From Schizochytrium sp. TIO01 (Eukaryota > Protista > Bigyra: Labyrinthulomycetes), in contig SMSO01000014.1 in assembly GCA_004764695.1 (NCBI GenBank), forward strand, positions 4,412,845 to 4,476,844: a stretch of DNA of 64,000 nucleotides. The letters run 5' to 3'. Positions 22,145 through 35,076 of this stretch are shown here, one piece after another (positions within the stretch are counted from its first letter, which is position 1; every line of letters begins with the position of its first letter). A model generated the notes under the pieces. It saw only the letters and a program-made list of their open reading frames with translations. It made no database searches and was not told where the DNA came from. The translations under genes were made by a program, and so were the position numbers.

Positions 22145-23956
22145 CTTCTCGTACTAGATATACTACACCTAATCAAGAACTGTGTTTCTTATCCTCCCGC
22201 TTTGCTCTGTGTATCTATTTTGTGTGTTAAGAAGCCGCAGCTGACTTCGACCTTCTCCTTGGCAGCAGCTTTGCACCCGTTGAGCTCGTACAACACTGTC
22301 AAAGATACTGTGAATATTTGATAACTAGATACAGTATTACCTTGCAGGCATAAACGTCCGCTCCTTTGGAGAAGGAGAGCGCCAATACAAGCGGAACTTC
22401 GAATCCTTCGAAAGTGTCCTAACCTTGAGGGTCTTACAAATTAGTGACCCTAGTAGAAATATATCCTTTGCTCTTGGCTGTCGGCTCGTGCTGCTGGCCT
22501 CACAGCGTACGCGTCAGTCTTCCTGACAATGCGCGTGAGTTGCCGAATTTTGGTTTGCTCTCAGAGTATCACGTTTTTGCTTCAGCAGGAGACAGCATAA
22601 AGGTGTGCACTTCTCAATACTTAGTTTCTTGTTTCTGTGCATAGCATTTCACTTGTACGACTAACCTTAACCAAATGAATTGGTTTCCTTACTTCCTTAG
22701 ATTGCGAACATTGTAGTGTGTTTCTTTATTTTTTTAATTCTTCTTTTCCGGCGTGATGCAAATGGTACATTTATCTATATGATGATTACTATATTGCACT
22801 TGATACTAAGAGTGCCAACCAACGTCCTCATGCACCGGCATTGCGTCCGCGTAAGGGGATAATTTCTACTTTTGTCCTTAACTCTATTCTAACATCTGCC
22901 ATGCGCACCGGTATCTCTTCCTCACAATGCATTAGAATATCAGTTCCAACACAGATTCTTACTTCTTCTCTGTTATTATAATTATAAAATTGAAAAAAAA
23001 AAATCAAAAACCGCATGACACGTGCGCTTTCAACCGAATTTTTCGCCTTTCTTGATGGTCAGACCAGCACAAAATTATGAAATCTGGCATATGAAATATG
23101 TAGACCAAGTAACGCAGAGGAAACTCACCGCAAACTTGATTACTCCTACCTCCCCAAATGCAATGGCCAACAAAGCAAACACAACCATAAGTTAAGAATC
23201 ACAAGATGCCTGGCAGAATCTTTGCGAAAGTATGGTGAACGTTGTATCCGTTGACAGCCTTTTTCTCCAAAGTAAAACAAAAAGAAATAAATATATATTA
23301 AGAGGCCGCCTTTATTGCCTTTGTTTATTTTTATTTTTTGTTTTTCTTCGAAAATTCAATCTAAACATAGATGCCTGATACAGAGAGGAGCAAACAAAAT
23401 TGTGAAAGTAAGCAGTAAGCATTTTCCTTCCCGTAGTCTATCTGTTTTTACTCTCTAGTTTTTCCGGCAGTGACAGTGCATGAGGATTGTTGTGTCTCCT
23501 GCACTTCATGCACACGCGATCCGTTGATGGGCCACTTTACCGTTGTTATAAGTCTTTTACATTATATGGCGCACTTTAGCGCCGAAGTTAGGAGGTTGTG
23601 GGAGCTCTCGTGAACCAACTTTCATTCTCTTCTGCTCGCTTTTGCTGTACTATACACAGAGCACACCTTGCTATTTAAGACAACCTTGTCGAAAGCGAGG
23701 TCGTCAGATCATTGAGGTCACAGTATAATTATTAAGCTACGTGTTTTGAAGCACAGGAGTCTGCGTTGCCTCGCTGGCCGCCTGCAAGAGCATCTCAACC
23801 ACGGCGGGAGCACAACAAAGAGCATATGATAAGCATACTCTCTGTACTCCGATAAAGAACTCGAGGGTCACTAAGCATAGACATAACACGCTTCTCAAGC
23901 TTCAAGCGGCTTCAACCAAACTGGGCTAAGGCTTGCTGCTCCGCTTCCCAGTTAAC

Positions 23957-24763
23957 ATGTCAAGGTCTGGGCTAGCTAAGACTACACCAGCACCAAAACG
24001 ATACCTTCTTGAGCTACAAAACCTACACCCTGGGGAGCGCGCATGGGTACAGGGATTTGTCGTTGGTAAATCAGGCCTAAAAGAATACCTTGTCGATGAT
24101 GGTACTGCAGTTGTCTCGGTGCAGCTTTATGCCTTAGGTGGCGTTGAGACGACATTAGATGCTGGTAAGTGAAGGAGTGTTATTTAATTTTTTACCTACA
24201 AAAACTTAGATTGTCTTGGGTCAACACGAGATTTGAGACCAAAGCTGGAGTTCTAAGGCTGGCATGGGCCCATGGTAAAGCAACCATGCTGCGCTTGTTT
24301 GTATTGGGGATGAGGGCAGGGCGGATTAATCCGATCGTTTTGTACTCCACATCGTTTACGCCAGGATTGCACGTGCATGTTCAGGGCTGATGATATCTAA
24401 AAGCATGGCATAGCTCCCTTACTTTCAAACAACTGTAGTAATTCGAGACGAATGAGGCAAATACGAACATGATGCATTGAAAAAAAAAGAGAAATTAATG
24501 AAAAATTAATGAATTATCGAGCGGAAATTTGGATGATGGGAAATGTAGATGATGGCTAACAAACATCCACCTTGGATTGCAATGATAATTTGAATGATTG
24601 AGCAGGGTCATATATAATGGTAGTTGGCGCTGTGTCTGCACCATCAACATCAGATTCTATGTATCAAACTACCGCACTTATTGCACATAACCTTATTGAC
24701 TTGAGTTGCGATGCACAACGTGTCCCGTTATGGTGGCTGGAAATTGCTCACGCACGAGTTTAA
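23957..24763 (+). CDS. RMI2: RecQ-mediated genome instability protein 2 (OB fold), 2 exons: 23957-24164, 24606-24763
   Basis: Exon 1 has WVQG.VV...LVDDGT. A phase-1 GTAAGT...CAG intron joins to GSYIMVVG...AHNLIDLS...LWWLEI, matching the RMI2 pattern. Confidence 0.75.
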
Positions 24764-25450
24764 GGGAGGTTCTCCCGCGTGTGTCTCCTCGCCGCTTCTT
24801 TCTCACCAGTCGTGGCTGATAAGATATTATTTTTAATAAAAGGAAAGCATGAAGCTAGATCGAACGTCTTTTACGGTGAGCCCAGAGGTTGAGAGAATCA
24901 ATCGAACAGAGAATTTAGAACGAAACGATAACCAATCAAATTTGAGAACCCAAATGAGGGAGAGAAGAGCAGGAGGGTCATGTTCAGCTGCTACAGCACA
25001 ATTCACTCCAAAATACCAACCGTAGTATTATGGAGCCCAAGGAGAGGCTGCAGCATTTCTTTCTATAGCTATAGACTAATGCATGCATTTCCATCCGTGG
25101 GCGCGCAATATGTCATTCTCTCACAATCTAGATTTCCAAATTGAACATCACTGTTTTCCTGGTTGTCGTGATCAATGGGGTCCCTACCATTTGATCGTCT
25201 TTATTTGTTCCATGTGACGGAACGGCTAGTTTCGAAAAAGCCTCAAATGCCACCCGTCGACCCTCTTTCAGATTGGCACGAAAGAGGCTCAGACAAGGCA
25301 GGATTAAAACACCACACGCACATGCGCACAGCTCCAGTGATCACCGTCTTCATGTTTTTTGTTTTCCATGAATAGTTGAGTCTCGACTAACAGAGTGAGT
25401 GAAGTATGATTCACGCACTACATATCATCGGGGAACTGAAGAGAAAAACG

Positions 25451-26675
25451 TCATATTTCCGCGAGAAGCGCTACCTCAGCCAACCGAAACTTGCGCATGT
25501 CTATATAAGGCATTTCTGACCAAATACCAAGATACAATGTTAAGTGTTCATGTGTAGCAGCGTTGAAGGCTTGCGGATTTAAGGATAGATCCTTCAAGCC
25601 CTTAAAAACATCTTTTTTGCATTGTAAGTCCTGACCCAAACTAAGCAATACCTCCTTCAGTAGATACTCTGCGCTCAACAGGAATATTATTTGACCCACC
25701 AAATTTCGGTCCATGCAACATGCCCGTCCAAAGTGAATGTAGTACGCAAGTATTGATTCAATAGATGCGTAGAAAAGCAAATAGAAAAGATTAAGTGCAG
25801 AGACCATGTTTTTTTTTTTTTTTCACCCATTGTGCCATAAAGTGCCATAAGGAAGTTTCCGACAAGGAAACTAAGTCAGTCTCTCATTAGCCCTCACATA
25901 TACTCACTCATATTCTAAACTAATTACCCCGCCCAGGTTGCCCCTATCTTTTAATTGTGACGGTCCTTTTCTGCCTCACTTTTGCTTGTGGGCATTGGGT
26001 GCGCATCGTCAGCGCGTGCACACCCCTGGTCTGCTAATTAATTTGATCATTTAATATTACAGGGCCTGGCACCTTTGTCTCGCAAAAAAAAAAGTTCCTT
26101 ACAGTCTGAATGAAAAAAATCATCCCTCCAACTTAAGGTTTTTGCCTGCCTACCTGTCTACCTGCTTCACTGCCGAGGTCTAAAGTGTGTGCATGCGATT
26201 ACGTACCTGAGTCCAGAAGGGTGCTGAGCGCATAGCGGTAGTCGTTCCTGTTGATGCGGGAGAGCGCGTCGCAGGATTGTTCGAAGCGGTACACAAGCGC
26301 TTTGAATTCGGTATAGCGTGCTTCCTGTGAGAATATTTTTATTCAAAGTGGACCAAATGTTCATGATCCGCATCAAGTTCGGCGGGCCGTTCATTCGTTC
26401 GTGCACAATGAGTCCGTCAGAGGAGATCGTTGGTGCAGCACGATGTCATGCAAAGTGATGGGAGTTAGTCTCTCTATTGTGCGTGGATGACTGGCAGGGC
26501 GGGGTAGGCTGCATCGGGCAATTTTACCATTCCACAAGAGAGAAGCAAAGGAAAACAAAAGGAAGAAACTCCGGAGATAATCAAATGCTGAAGCAAGAAT
26601 AGAATAACTTACCAACTCCATGATGATGGCTTCCATTTTCGTCAATAGCTCCAGTCTCATGGCTGTCATCTGTTT
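25451..26675 (-). CDS. CINP/C1orf109(AIRIM)-like helical protein; 3' exons 26613-~26675, 26207-26324, 25451-25668; upstream exons (possibly to 27643) unresolved
   Basis: Canonical splice sites join in frame: ...LELLTKMEAIIMEL|EARYTEFKALVYRFEQSC...LLDS|EYLLKEV...KKDV...LTLYLGIWSEMPYID. The C-terminus resembles CINP's LSYLSMWLHQPYV (recalled from memory, not searched). Confidence 0.5.
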
Positions 26676-28210
26676 CTGGTCGATCGCCCCGTACAAGTCA
26701 CCGCAATCAGTTTGCGGATGTTGGTCAAAACAAAACAAAAAAGCAAGCACACACACAAAATAATTCCAGTCGTCCGCCCAAAACATGCATAAACAGGATA
26801 ATGTTTCCAACGTTTGTATCGCATCGTCCGTTAGTTACCGCGCCGTAGACCTGTACACGTACTTCTCTCCGCGACCGCCAGGGCCTTCCTGTCCAGCCAC
26901 GAGCAAAAGGAACATGAGCGCAGCAGAAGAAAGCATATTAAACAAAATAGAGAAAAAGAAAAGAAAAGAAAAGAAAAGAAAAGAAAACAACCGAAAGAAC
27001 CAAAGGAAACCCAAACCAAAGCAAGCAAAGCATGCAGCCTTTCCCCCTTTCTCAAGACCTCCCAGCAGGCCTTGCCTTCCCCTCCTCCGCCATGCCCAGG
27101 CAGGCAGCACGCACGCACGCAGGCGAGCCGGCCTCTGGCAAGTGAGGCGGGGGAGACAGACGGAAGTGGGGGCGCAAGCCACAACAGTTTCACAGATCGG
27201 AATCTGCTCTGTCCCGCGTTCTGTTCTTTCGGCCCGCGTTCTCGCCTCCTCCTTTTCTTTCGTCTATTCCTTTTTTCCCTGTGCTCCCTCTCTTTCCTTC
27301 TTTCCTTAAGGCGTTTTTCCGCTCCTTCTTTGTTTTCCTTTCAGCTGTTCCTACTGATGGAACGACTGAGCGAAAGAACGAAAGAACGAAAGAACGGAGA
27401 ACGAAAGAAAGAAAGAACGAAAGAAAGAAAGAAAGAAAGAAAGAAATGTTCCTTCTTCTTAGGTCGTGGCTGGCTGACGCGGCGGGTCGGGGCTCTCTCG
27501 GCGGCACCTACCTTGGTGGCGACGGCGCTGCGGACCGTCGCGTTTGCCTCGAGCGAGGCCCAGTTTCCGGCATCCCCCGTGTAGCTGTCGCGCCGTGGCG
27601 TTTTCGAGGCCGTCGGCGCAGGCGTCACCGCCGCCATGGTCATTGTCCAAAGTTCAAAAATCACCGTCGGGTTTGAACCACGCCAAAAATTCAAAATCAG
27701 CCACGCCGCCGCGGTGGAGACCGCGCAAATCGAGTCCATCAAGGCCGTCGGTCAGTTCTCTGGATCATTCCACGCGTAAACGCCGCCCTCGACACCGGTT
27801 CCGCCCCCGCCGCCGCCTTGGACAGGGTCCTGGCGCCGGTTCGCGCGCATTTCCACTTTCAAAATCTTGAAATCCATCCATCCATCCATCCATCCAGCGC
27901 TCCATCTCTGGCAACCTACCTTGTCTCGATGAGTCTGTTCGCCAGCTGCGTGCCCACTGCCGTGCCCTGCTGCGATAGCGCCTCCCACCTGTCCCTGGCA
28001 AGCCCCACGGCCGCCGCAGTCTCCGCCGCAAGCGCGCTCTTGTCCATGACCCAAGACGAGCGGATCGGGATGGATGGATAGCTGTACCTCTCGATGCCTC
28101 GAGGCGTGGGCAGATAAATAGACTCCACGAGAGCAGACCGACCTGCAGGCCAGCTCGCCGACCCCGCCTTCGTGAGCCTGGTGACGGAGGACCTCCTCCG
28201 CGATCGCGGT

Positions 28211-29592
28211 CTACAGCGCCACCGTGAACGCTCTCGCGAAGCCGCTGTAATCGAAGACCGCCGCGAACTCCTTTGGGCCCAGTCTTTGACGCTGCTGCCT
28301 CCGTGCGCCCTGCGCGCCCCCGCCCTTTCCGCCGCTGCGGCCGTTCTGTTCCTGTTCTCCAGCGGCGTTCTCGCCGGATTGCGCGTTTCGCATGTTCTCG
28401 GAGTTCCCAGAGTTCTCCGGGTTCTCGCGGTTCTCGCGGTTCGAGGGACCCGTGGGACTGGAGGGACCGGGAGCAGGGAGCGCGCTGGGATTAGAAGGGA
28501 GCGAAGGGGAAGCGTCGAGAAGGAAGTCCGCTTGGACTTGGAGCTCGGACATGGCGAGACCGGGGAAAATGCAAGAGAGGGCGTAGATGAGGTCGTCTGC
28601 GGAGATCTCGCCGTCGTCGTCGTTGTCGAAGGCCTTGAAGGCGTCTGGGTGGTTGGTTGTTTGGGGGTTTGGTTTTTGCTTAAGAACGAGTTAGTGAGGA
28701 AGGCTATGTTATGGCTCACGCGAGGCTCGGAAATTGTTGACTTACATTGCTGCTTGAGGGTCTCCGGGGTGGCCGGGTGGAAAACGGAGACGATCTGAAG
28801 GAAGATTTCGAAGTCAACTTCGTTGGGGCGCAGATCGTCACGCTGGGACTCGTCGAAAACTATCTCTGACACGCGGGTCACCATAGGGTTGAGGGACAAG
28901 GCGGGAACGCGATCCATGTCGCTTACCTGGACGTAATCGTTCTCGTCTTTTCGTGTCTTCTCGCGGGAAAACCTCCGGAAGTATGCCATCATCTGCTTCA
29001 CCTCGCCTTTCGTGACTATGTTTTTGAACCGAGCCGTGGTGTTACAGGTGTCCAATAGTGTTAGAATACGATTTTTATATACACCCCGTTACATGTATGT
29101 ACACATAAATAGTTTCCACCACAATTGAAATTGAAGACAACCCGACCCCGTTTTACATCAGTTACATCAGCAATCGATTCAATTAGTTAGCCTAAATGTT
29201 TTCAGCAGCAGGATATCACTATAGAGTTATAGCATTCATGTGACTATTCTGATTCCCTTCACCTGTTTTCGAGTTTTTACCACAACTTGATGTCGCAGAC
29301 CGCCGGGAACCTTCATCCATCTTTCATCCTCGCTTCGTACTATTTATCCATCAGCACAATGTTTCTAAGTTTTGTGATACTATTTTCTTCTTCTGTACCT
29401 CAAGGCCCAGCAAGAATTCTCCCAAACTTCCTTTTAATTTTATCCTGTTCAGCTTTGCCGCTCAAGTCGTCGCCTCTCTCTCAACCATGTCTTCTTTGCA
29501 ACCAACTTACAGCACTCTGGCACGTTGAGCTCTCGCGCCTCCCCATTCCTGCCCTCTACGTTGTTCTCCCCTTTTCCAGCTGTGTTGCCCAT
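28211..29592 (-). CDS. Calcineurin-B/CIB-like EF-hand protein with N-myristoylation motif, 3 exons: 29511-29592, 28746-29015, 28211-28644
   Basis: Spliced product: MGNTAGK...C|FTKGEVKQMMAYFRRF...ALSLNPMVTRV...VDFEIFLQIVSVF...QQ|YAFKAFDNDDDGEISADDL. Both introns are phase 1 with GTAAGT donors and YAG acceptors. Confidence 0.75.
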
Positions 29593-30126
29593 AGTATTTA
29601 GAACGTCTTCTGCTCACACAATTCGGGCTCTACAGCCCTTGGGGGTCCTCTACAGCTGCAGCCAAGCGTGCAAAGTTTCTTCAGGCAAGTCAATATTTTC
29701 TCTACTCTTGTATGTCTGTGTATGTTTTAGCTGTAAATTATTAGCTGCTCTGCTAGGGTGGTGCAAACTTAACGGACCCATACTAAACTTTGCAAAAGTA
29801 TGGTAAAGTTGAGGTGTCCGTTGAGAGAAGATGAAATCTGGGTTGCGCAGACCTGTAGACAATCACATAATATATCATTATCCGTGTTCCTATGTTTGCT
29901 AAAATATACTGCTTGAAGAAGAGACAATTGTTGGTGAGAGTACAGAACAGGCAAAGCGTGGAAAGTTGCTTCGGGAAAGGTCACGGAGAGCTCTCTCGAA
30001 TTTCTTGGAAGGAGCGTCTGAGCCAGGATTTGAGCGAACCGAGCAAGTTAAACGAAACAACAGGTCCCTCAACCCGGCAGAGGTTAAAACACTGGGCGCA
30101 TAGGTTAAAGGTTGCTTTCGGAAAAA

Positions 30127-30957
30127 ATGACTTCGGAGCCAGAATACAGCAACGATGAAGATAGAGGCAGCAAGAGCAGTGGAAGCTACAATGGCGACAG
30201 CGGGAGGCTTCGAGCCAAACTTTTGAAAGAAAAACCTGAGCAGCTTATCGAGGAGCTTCGCGATGCACCCAAAATGAAGAAGAATCTTGAGCAAGATTCT
30301 CAACTTCTTCAAAATCGCATCCGCCATCTACAACAAGAGCTTGAGAAAACAAAGCGCAAAGTCCACGAAACAGAATCAAGAGCAGAAGAAATTCGTACTA
30401 TGAAACAGAAAAATGCTGAGCGCAAAGAGGTTCGAAAGCGTACAACTGCTAGCATGTCTGGATTGTCACAGCAGCGCACACAAGAACTCCGTCGTCAGCA
30501 AGCAGAGGCAAGAGAAAAGCTATTAAGAGCTCGACAAGAGAAGGAAGAACTGGCGCGTCGCGAAGCAGACCGTTTGCGCATCAAGCGTTTAAAGGCCAAA
30601 CGGGAAAATGAGGAAATAAAAGCTCGCGAAATTGATGAAACTAAACGACGAGTACAAGATCGAAAGCAAGAGGTTGAGCGAAGGAAGCGCGAAGAAGACC
30701 GTATGCGTCGACTTGCTGAAAGAGAGAGTCTGCGGGAAGCTCGTAAACAATTGGAACATGAACGAGAGGAGAATGCTGAGCTACAGCAGCTTATTGAGAC
30801 ACTAGAATCCAAAGAGGCCAAGTGGATCGACCGACTCCGATCGGCACTCGATGAGCAACGTCAAGTATATCAGGAGCTAGAGCATGAACTCGCTCAGGAT
30901 GCAGCCGAGAAGGACGAAGCCAGATCGACAGCCGAGTCTAAATTACAGTTGAGCTAG
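30127..30957 (+). CDS. Coiled-coil protein (E/R/K-rich)
   Basis: ATG at 30127 opens a long charged heptad-rich ORF (QLLQNRIRHLQQELEK..., EAKWIDRL). Confidence 0.7.
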   Translation: MTSEPEYSNDEDRGSKSSGSYNGDSGRLRAKLLKEKPEQLIEELRDAPKMKKNLEQDSQLLQNRIRHLQQELEKTKRKVHETESRAEEIRTMKQKNAERKEVRKRTTASMSGLSQQRTQELRRQQAEAREKLLRARQEKEELARREADRLRIKRLKAKRENEEIKAREIDETKRRVQDRKQEVERRKREEDRMRRLAERESLREARKQLEHEREENAELQQLIETLESKEAKWIDRLRSALDEQRQVYQELEHELAQDAAEKDEARSTAESKLQLS

Positions 30958-31596
30958 CCCCTTTTAAAACAATGACTTGCAGCAGAGTATAGACGGGTGA
31001 TTTAAGGAATGCGAAAGCACAGAGATCGAGATGTGATCAGTACCTGACAAATTAAAATGATCAGATGAAAATGGGCTCCTTTTCAAAGTTTCGTTCAGAA
31101 CATTTACGTAAATATGTATAGGTGAGGTGTGTAAGTTGCATTCTTAACATCAATTCTTAGACAGCATTGTCAATCTTTTGGGATTCAAATCGAACGAGGA
31201 AAAATAAATACAACATGAATCCCTTTGAAAGGGGGTGAGAGCCGCTCGCCTCAACAGTACCTTGATTTCTTATTGCGAAGCCCAAGGAGAAGTTTTTATT
31301 TGTCTCTCTGTCTACGAGTACTACTATTAGGCTTTCTGGCATGCTTATGATTCTAAAGAGCTCCTTTAAGTATAAGGGGAGAGACGCCGTATCGTCCATC
31401 TTCGTACTTCAACGTTTAAAACGGCAACTATATACCTGGTGTATATATATTTTATAGTATTGAGAGGCGAGTTATCATAATATTTCCTGAACATCCCAAA
31501 ACGCAAAATAACTTGTCAACCAAAGAGAAACACTAATCCGTCTTTGTAGATAATTTGATTCTCCATATTTTTTGATATTGTTATATATTTTATCTA

Positions 31597-33312
31597 CTAC
31601 ACAAGGAGGTCATCAAGATCCTCTGCTTCCATGAAGTTTTTCTGGGCAGTGGAGTTTTGCGTGGCAAACTTTACTCCTAATGAGTTTGCTTTGGCCTTTG
31701 TTACACTCGACAGCTCGGCTTCAGCCTGAGCAAGTAAATTCTCAATGTTGGCTTGTTTCTCAGCTGCCTTTTTTCTTTCCTCTTCTTCAGCCTTGCGTAC
31801 CTCCTCTTCTTCATGTCGTTTAAACTTCTCTTGCCGCTCGCGCTCACGTTCTTCTTTGATATGGACAGAAAGCATATCGGATAAATGAAAACGGTCCTCT
31901 GGGAGAGCATCATCTTCATTATTGTCAGTTGCTTTAGAGACACTGTCAGGCGCATTTGCTTCTGTTAGCTTCTCGATGGCAGGTCCAGAAACTAGATTCT
32001 GATCCTGTTCCTGTGCATCATCTTCCATAGCAATCGCGGAAGCCAAAAGCCACGGGCGCGAGCCAATATCTGGTTTTGTGCTCGTGCGCCATGCTTCATG
32101 CTCCTCAGGATTGCGGGTTTCCTCAAGACTAATCTTAAGCTGCATCGTATTTGCATCAATACTTGCATTTACAGAAGCAGGATCAATCTGCATGGGGAGG
32201 AAAAGCTCTAAAGGAAGATAATACCCATCAACTTGCAAGGAGAGTACCTCTGAGCTGCAGTCGATTCGCACACGATCCAGCACTTGTGGCATTCCAACAG
32301 CCCGTTCAAGAGTTGCCTCAAAGAGAATCCCTTTAGGCTCTTCACTTAGTGGTTTTGCTTCGATCGTTGGGTCAGTTAGCACTGCTTCGCAAGGCACAGC
32401 ATTCTCGAGAGTACCCTCCCAGCGCTTCAATGAGTATGCCAGTTGCTGCGGTTTTACAGGTGGAGCAGCTTGAGACTTTTCTGCAGACTTCAGAGAACTT
32501 GCCAATGAAGGAGCCATGGGTGTAGCGCCTTCAGAAACCTCCTCGATCACCGGGGTGTGCTTTTTGCGAACATATTGAGCAGGGATGGCATCTTTATTTC
32601 CTTTGTAAGCAAGTTTCGGTAGCTTGTATTTATAATCGACAGAACACTTATACTTTGTTTCTACGTACCCCAGTGCAACTTCGCACAGAAAACTCCGTGA
32701 GGCACCAGACTTATCGTCACGGGCTTGCTTGACTACGTCAGGGTTGACTATCACATCATACACTAAACAAGATTTACCTGCGTTATCGCGATCTTCACGG
32801 GGCGGCCCGAGGCTCAAGGGTACATGAAGACCCTCTTGCTCCGAGCCATCCTCAGCCAGCTGCTTCCTTGTGGAAGTCTTCTGTACCGCTTCAGATTGGC
32901 ACACGTTGATGAATATTTTTTCGTCCTTGTCTGTGCGGGTCTTGATGACGAAGCCAGGCGTTGGCACTATTCTCAAACCTTCCTGGTCTTCGCTTTCTGT
33001 AACTCCCTTTTGCCCAAGGACTTTGCCCCCAATGCCTGGCATTCGCGGTGCAAATTCTTTGTCCTCCGTTTTTGGAATGAAATCAGCGGATACGTCTTCC
33101 TCCCGAGTTACAATGCGCTCAGACTCTTTCTTTTGCTCCACAAAATTAGCCATGTCCTCCATGAGCAATTTGTATTCCTCAGGATCTGACTTTTTCAGCT
33201 CTTCGAAATACGAAGCCCATTGTGCTGTCATATCTGCTTCCCCTGTCGCATTCTGCGCAGCGAGACGAGCAGCCGCCGCAAAGTCTTCCGCACCGTTTGG
33301 CATCCTGTTCAT
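31597..33312 (-). CDS. PIH1-domain protein (PIH1D1/Kintoun-DNAAF2 family, R2TP-type co-chaperone)
   Basis: PIH1 motifs IVPTPGFVIKT...KIFINVCQS...VPLSLGPPRED.D..G..C.VYDV.VNP and K..YKG, followed by a CS-like region (LELFLP..ID...V.A). Confidence 0.85.
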   Translation of the reverse strand: MNRMPNGAEDFAAAARLAAQNATGEADMTAQWASYFEELKKSDPEEYKLLMEDMANFVEQKKESERIVTREEDVSADFIPKTEDKEFAPRMPGIGGKVLGQKGVTESEDQEGLRIVPTPGFVIKTRTDKDEKIFINVCQSEAVQKTSTRKQLAEDGSEQEGLHVPLSLGPPREDRDNAGKSCLVYDVIVNPDVVKQARDDKSGASRSFLCEVALGYVETKYKCSVDYKYKLPKLAYKGNKDAIPAQYVRKKHTPVIEEVSEGATPMAPSLASSLKSAEKSQAAPPVKPQQLAYSLKRWEGTLENAVPCEAVLTDPTIEAKPLSEEPKGILFEATLERAVGMPQVLDRVRIDCSSEVLSLQVDGYYLPLELFLPMQIDPASVNASIDANTMQLKISLEETRNPEEHEAWRTSTKPDIGSRPWLLASAIAMEDDAQEQDQNLVSGPAIEKLTEANAPDSVSKATDNNEDDALPEDRFHLSDMLSVHIKEERERERQEKFKRHEEEEVRKAEEEERKKAAEKQANIENLLAQAEAELSSVTKAKANSLGVKFATQNSTAQKNFMEAEDLDDLLV

Positions 33313-34098
33313 TCTTTGACGCGTTCGACACAAGCACGTTTAGTTTCTGCCAAGAAAGCGTTGTGCCTAGCGAGGCTAGTGTATGAGTCTCACGTGCTGG
33401 AAAGCCCCAACTCTTCACAGCTCGAGTGAGCTTTGTCTTTTGTTTCCAGAGTTTCTAGGCTGTTTTGAAGTGCATACGTTGAAAAAGTCTAATTTCATTA
33501 CCTAGCCTTATATACATTAGGCAGAACTTCTAATATTCGTATATATAGGGCAGTGACTGAACAATTTGATGACCTCTTTCGTTAACAAGGAAAAAGTTGC
33601 TTGACGGAGACAGCAACTGGCTAAGACACTACCGAGTTTAGTACAAATATACAAAACAAAGATTACCTTACAGATGTAGGATGAAACTCTGATCGCAAGT
33701 CATTTTTTAAAGAGTACTTGCAATATGAAGTTTGCACGCCTGACAGACATGCAATTCCAAAATTTTCTTTTAAAGAAAGCTTCGCAAGTAGATTTGATTC
33801 ATCGATCCGGAATGCAGTATGTTTCGCAGAGATGGTGTGTATCAACTTCGAGCAAATACCAATCCGTCAGGTTTCGCCACATCATTATACTTTTTGCAGA
33901 AAATGATCTAATGTGGTATTGTTTTTGAAGCATACGAACATTAAAAATGTTGCATCTGAATTATGCATGTATTTGGACAAGAGTCTTAGCATTACAAAAC
34001 AGAGAGCCAAGCATTCATACAAGAAGGGATAACAAGGTATATGTATATAGTCATGGATCAAAGAAGAGTTGATAAAATCATTACCGATTTGTGAGTGC

Positions 34099-35076
34099 TT
34101 AGTAGCCGTCGCCACCAGCAGCGTCACCTCCGAAGAGGTCGCCACCACCGACGTCGACCTCTTCCTCCTCCTCCTCTTCCTCAGCGGCAGCCTCGGCACC
34201 ACCAGCGGCGGCACCACCGGCAGCAGCGGAAGCGGCGGCGAGCTTGGCGAGCTCAGCGGGGTCCATGTTGAGGAGCTTGTCCCACTCAGCCATCTGCTCG
34301 AAGGAGTATCCAGAAGCAGCAGCAATGGCGATGAGGGTGCGGACACCGTTACCGACGGAGTGGGGGAGGGAGACGAGAGTGGGGTAGCCGGTGGTGAGGC
34401 AGATGGAGGCCATGCGGCGGACAGCCATGAAGAACTTGGTCTTGAGGTTGTCCTCGGTGATGTCAAGAACCTTGGCGTCAAAGATGTTACCCTTGTCGTA
34501 GACGGACTTGAGCACAAAACCGTAGGTGAAGGGGCGGATGTCGAGCCTCTGGAGGAGAGCAGCCTCAGAGCCTCCGACGACCTCACCCTTGACGACGAGC
34601 TTGAGCTCGTTGACAATCTCAATCTGACCACGAGAAATCTTGGTGGGCACGTTGAGGGCCTGGAACCAGGAGGTCTGACCGGGGTCACAGCCGGTGGGAC
34701 CGGGGGGCACGATGACATCGGACTCGGCGATCTGGCCGGCACGGGCAGCAGCGGGCACGCGGTTGCTGTCGATCACGGTGCGGATCTCAGAAACGTCGTC
34801 GTTGGTGAAGATGAAGCCGATGTTGCCGCGGACGTGCTCAGTGAGGTTGGAGATGGGGTGGGAACCGCCCTGCTCCTCAACGAACTCACGGATGATGGTG
34901 CGCTGCATGGTGTTCTTACCGAAGAGGAGAACAGCCTTGCCGCGGAGGGCAATACGGATCTGCTGGATCTGCTTGGAGCCAACATTGTTGGCACCGACAA
35001 GGAGGATCTTGTTGTACTCAGCGAAGAGCTCCTTGGTGCGAGCAAAGAGCTCGGCCTTGCGCTCACGGGAGGGCAT
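34099..35076 (-). CDS. RPLP0: 60S acidic ribosomal protein P0 (uL10)
   Basis: NVGSKQIQQIRIALRG...GKNTM, GPTG.DP.QTSWFQAL..PTKISRGQIEI and an Ala-rich/acidic tail. Strong C/G-ending codon bias. Confidence 0.97.
   Translation of the reverse strand: MPSRERKAELFARTKELFAEYNKILLVGANNVGSKQIQQIRIALRGKAVLLFGKNTMQRTIIREFVEEQGGSHPISNLTEHVRGNIGFIFTNDDVSEIRTVIDSNRVPAAARAGQIAESDVIVPPGPTGCDPGQTSWFQALNVPTKISRGQIEIVNELKLVVKGEVVGGSEAALLQRLDIRPFTYGFVLKSVYDKGNIFDAKVLDITEDNLKTKFFMAVRRMASICLTTGYPTLVSLPHSVGNGVRTLIAIAAASGYSFEQMAEWDKLLNMDPAELAKLAAASAAAGGAAAGGAEAAAEEEEEEEEVDVGGGDLFGGDAAGGDGY

Noticed and set aside
26785-27742. Numerous overlapping K/R/F-rich ORFs
   Set aside because: They derive from (GAAA)n/(GAAAA)n microsatellites and GC-rich intron or UTR sequence.
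27916-29055. 379-aa ORF as a single-exon gene
   Set aside because: It reads through a 101-nt intron (28645-28745) into the wrong frame. Splicing restores an EF-hand and the stop at 28211.
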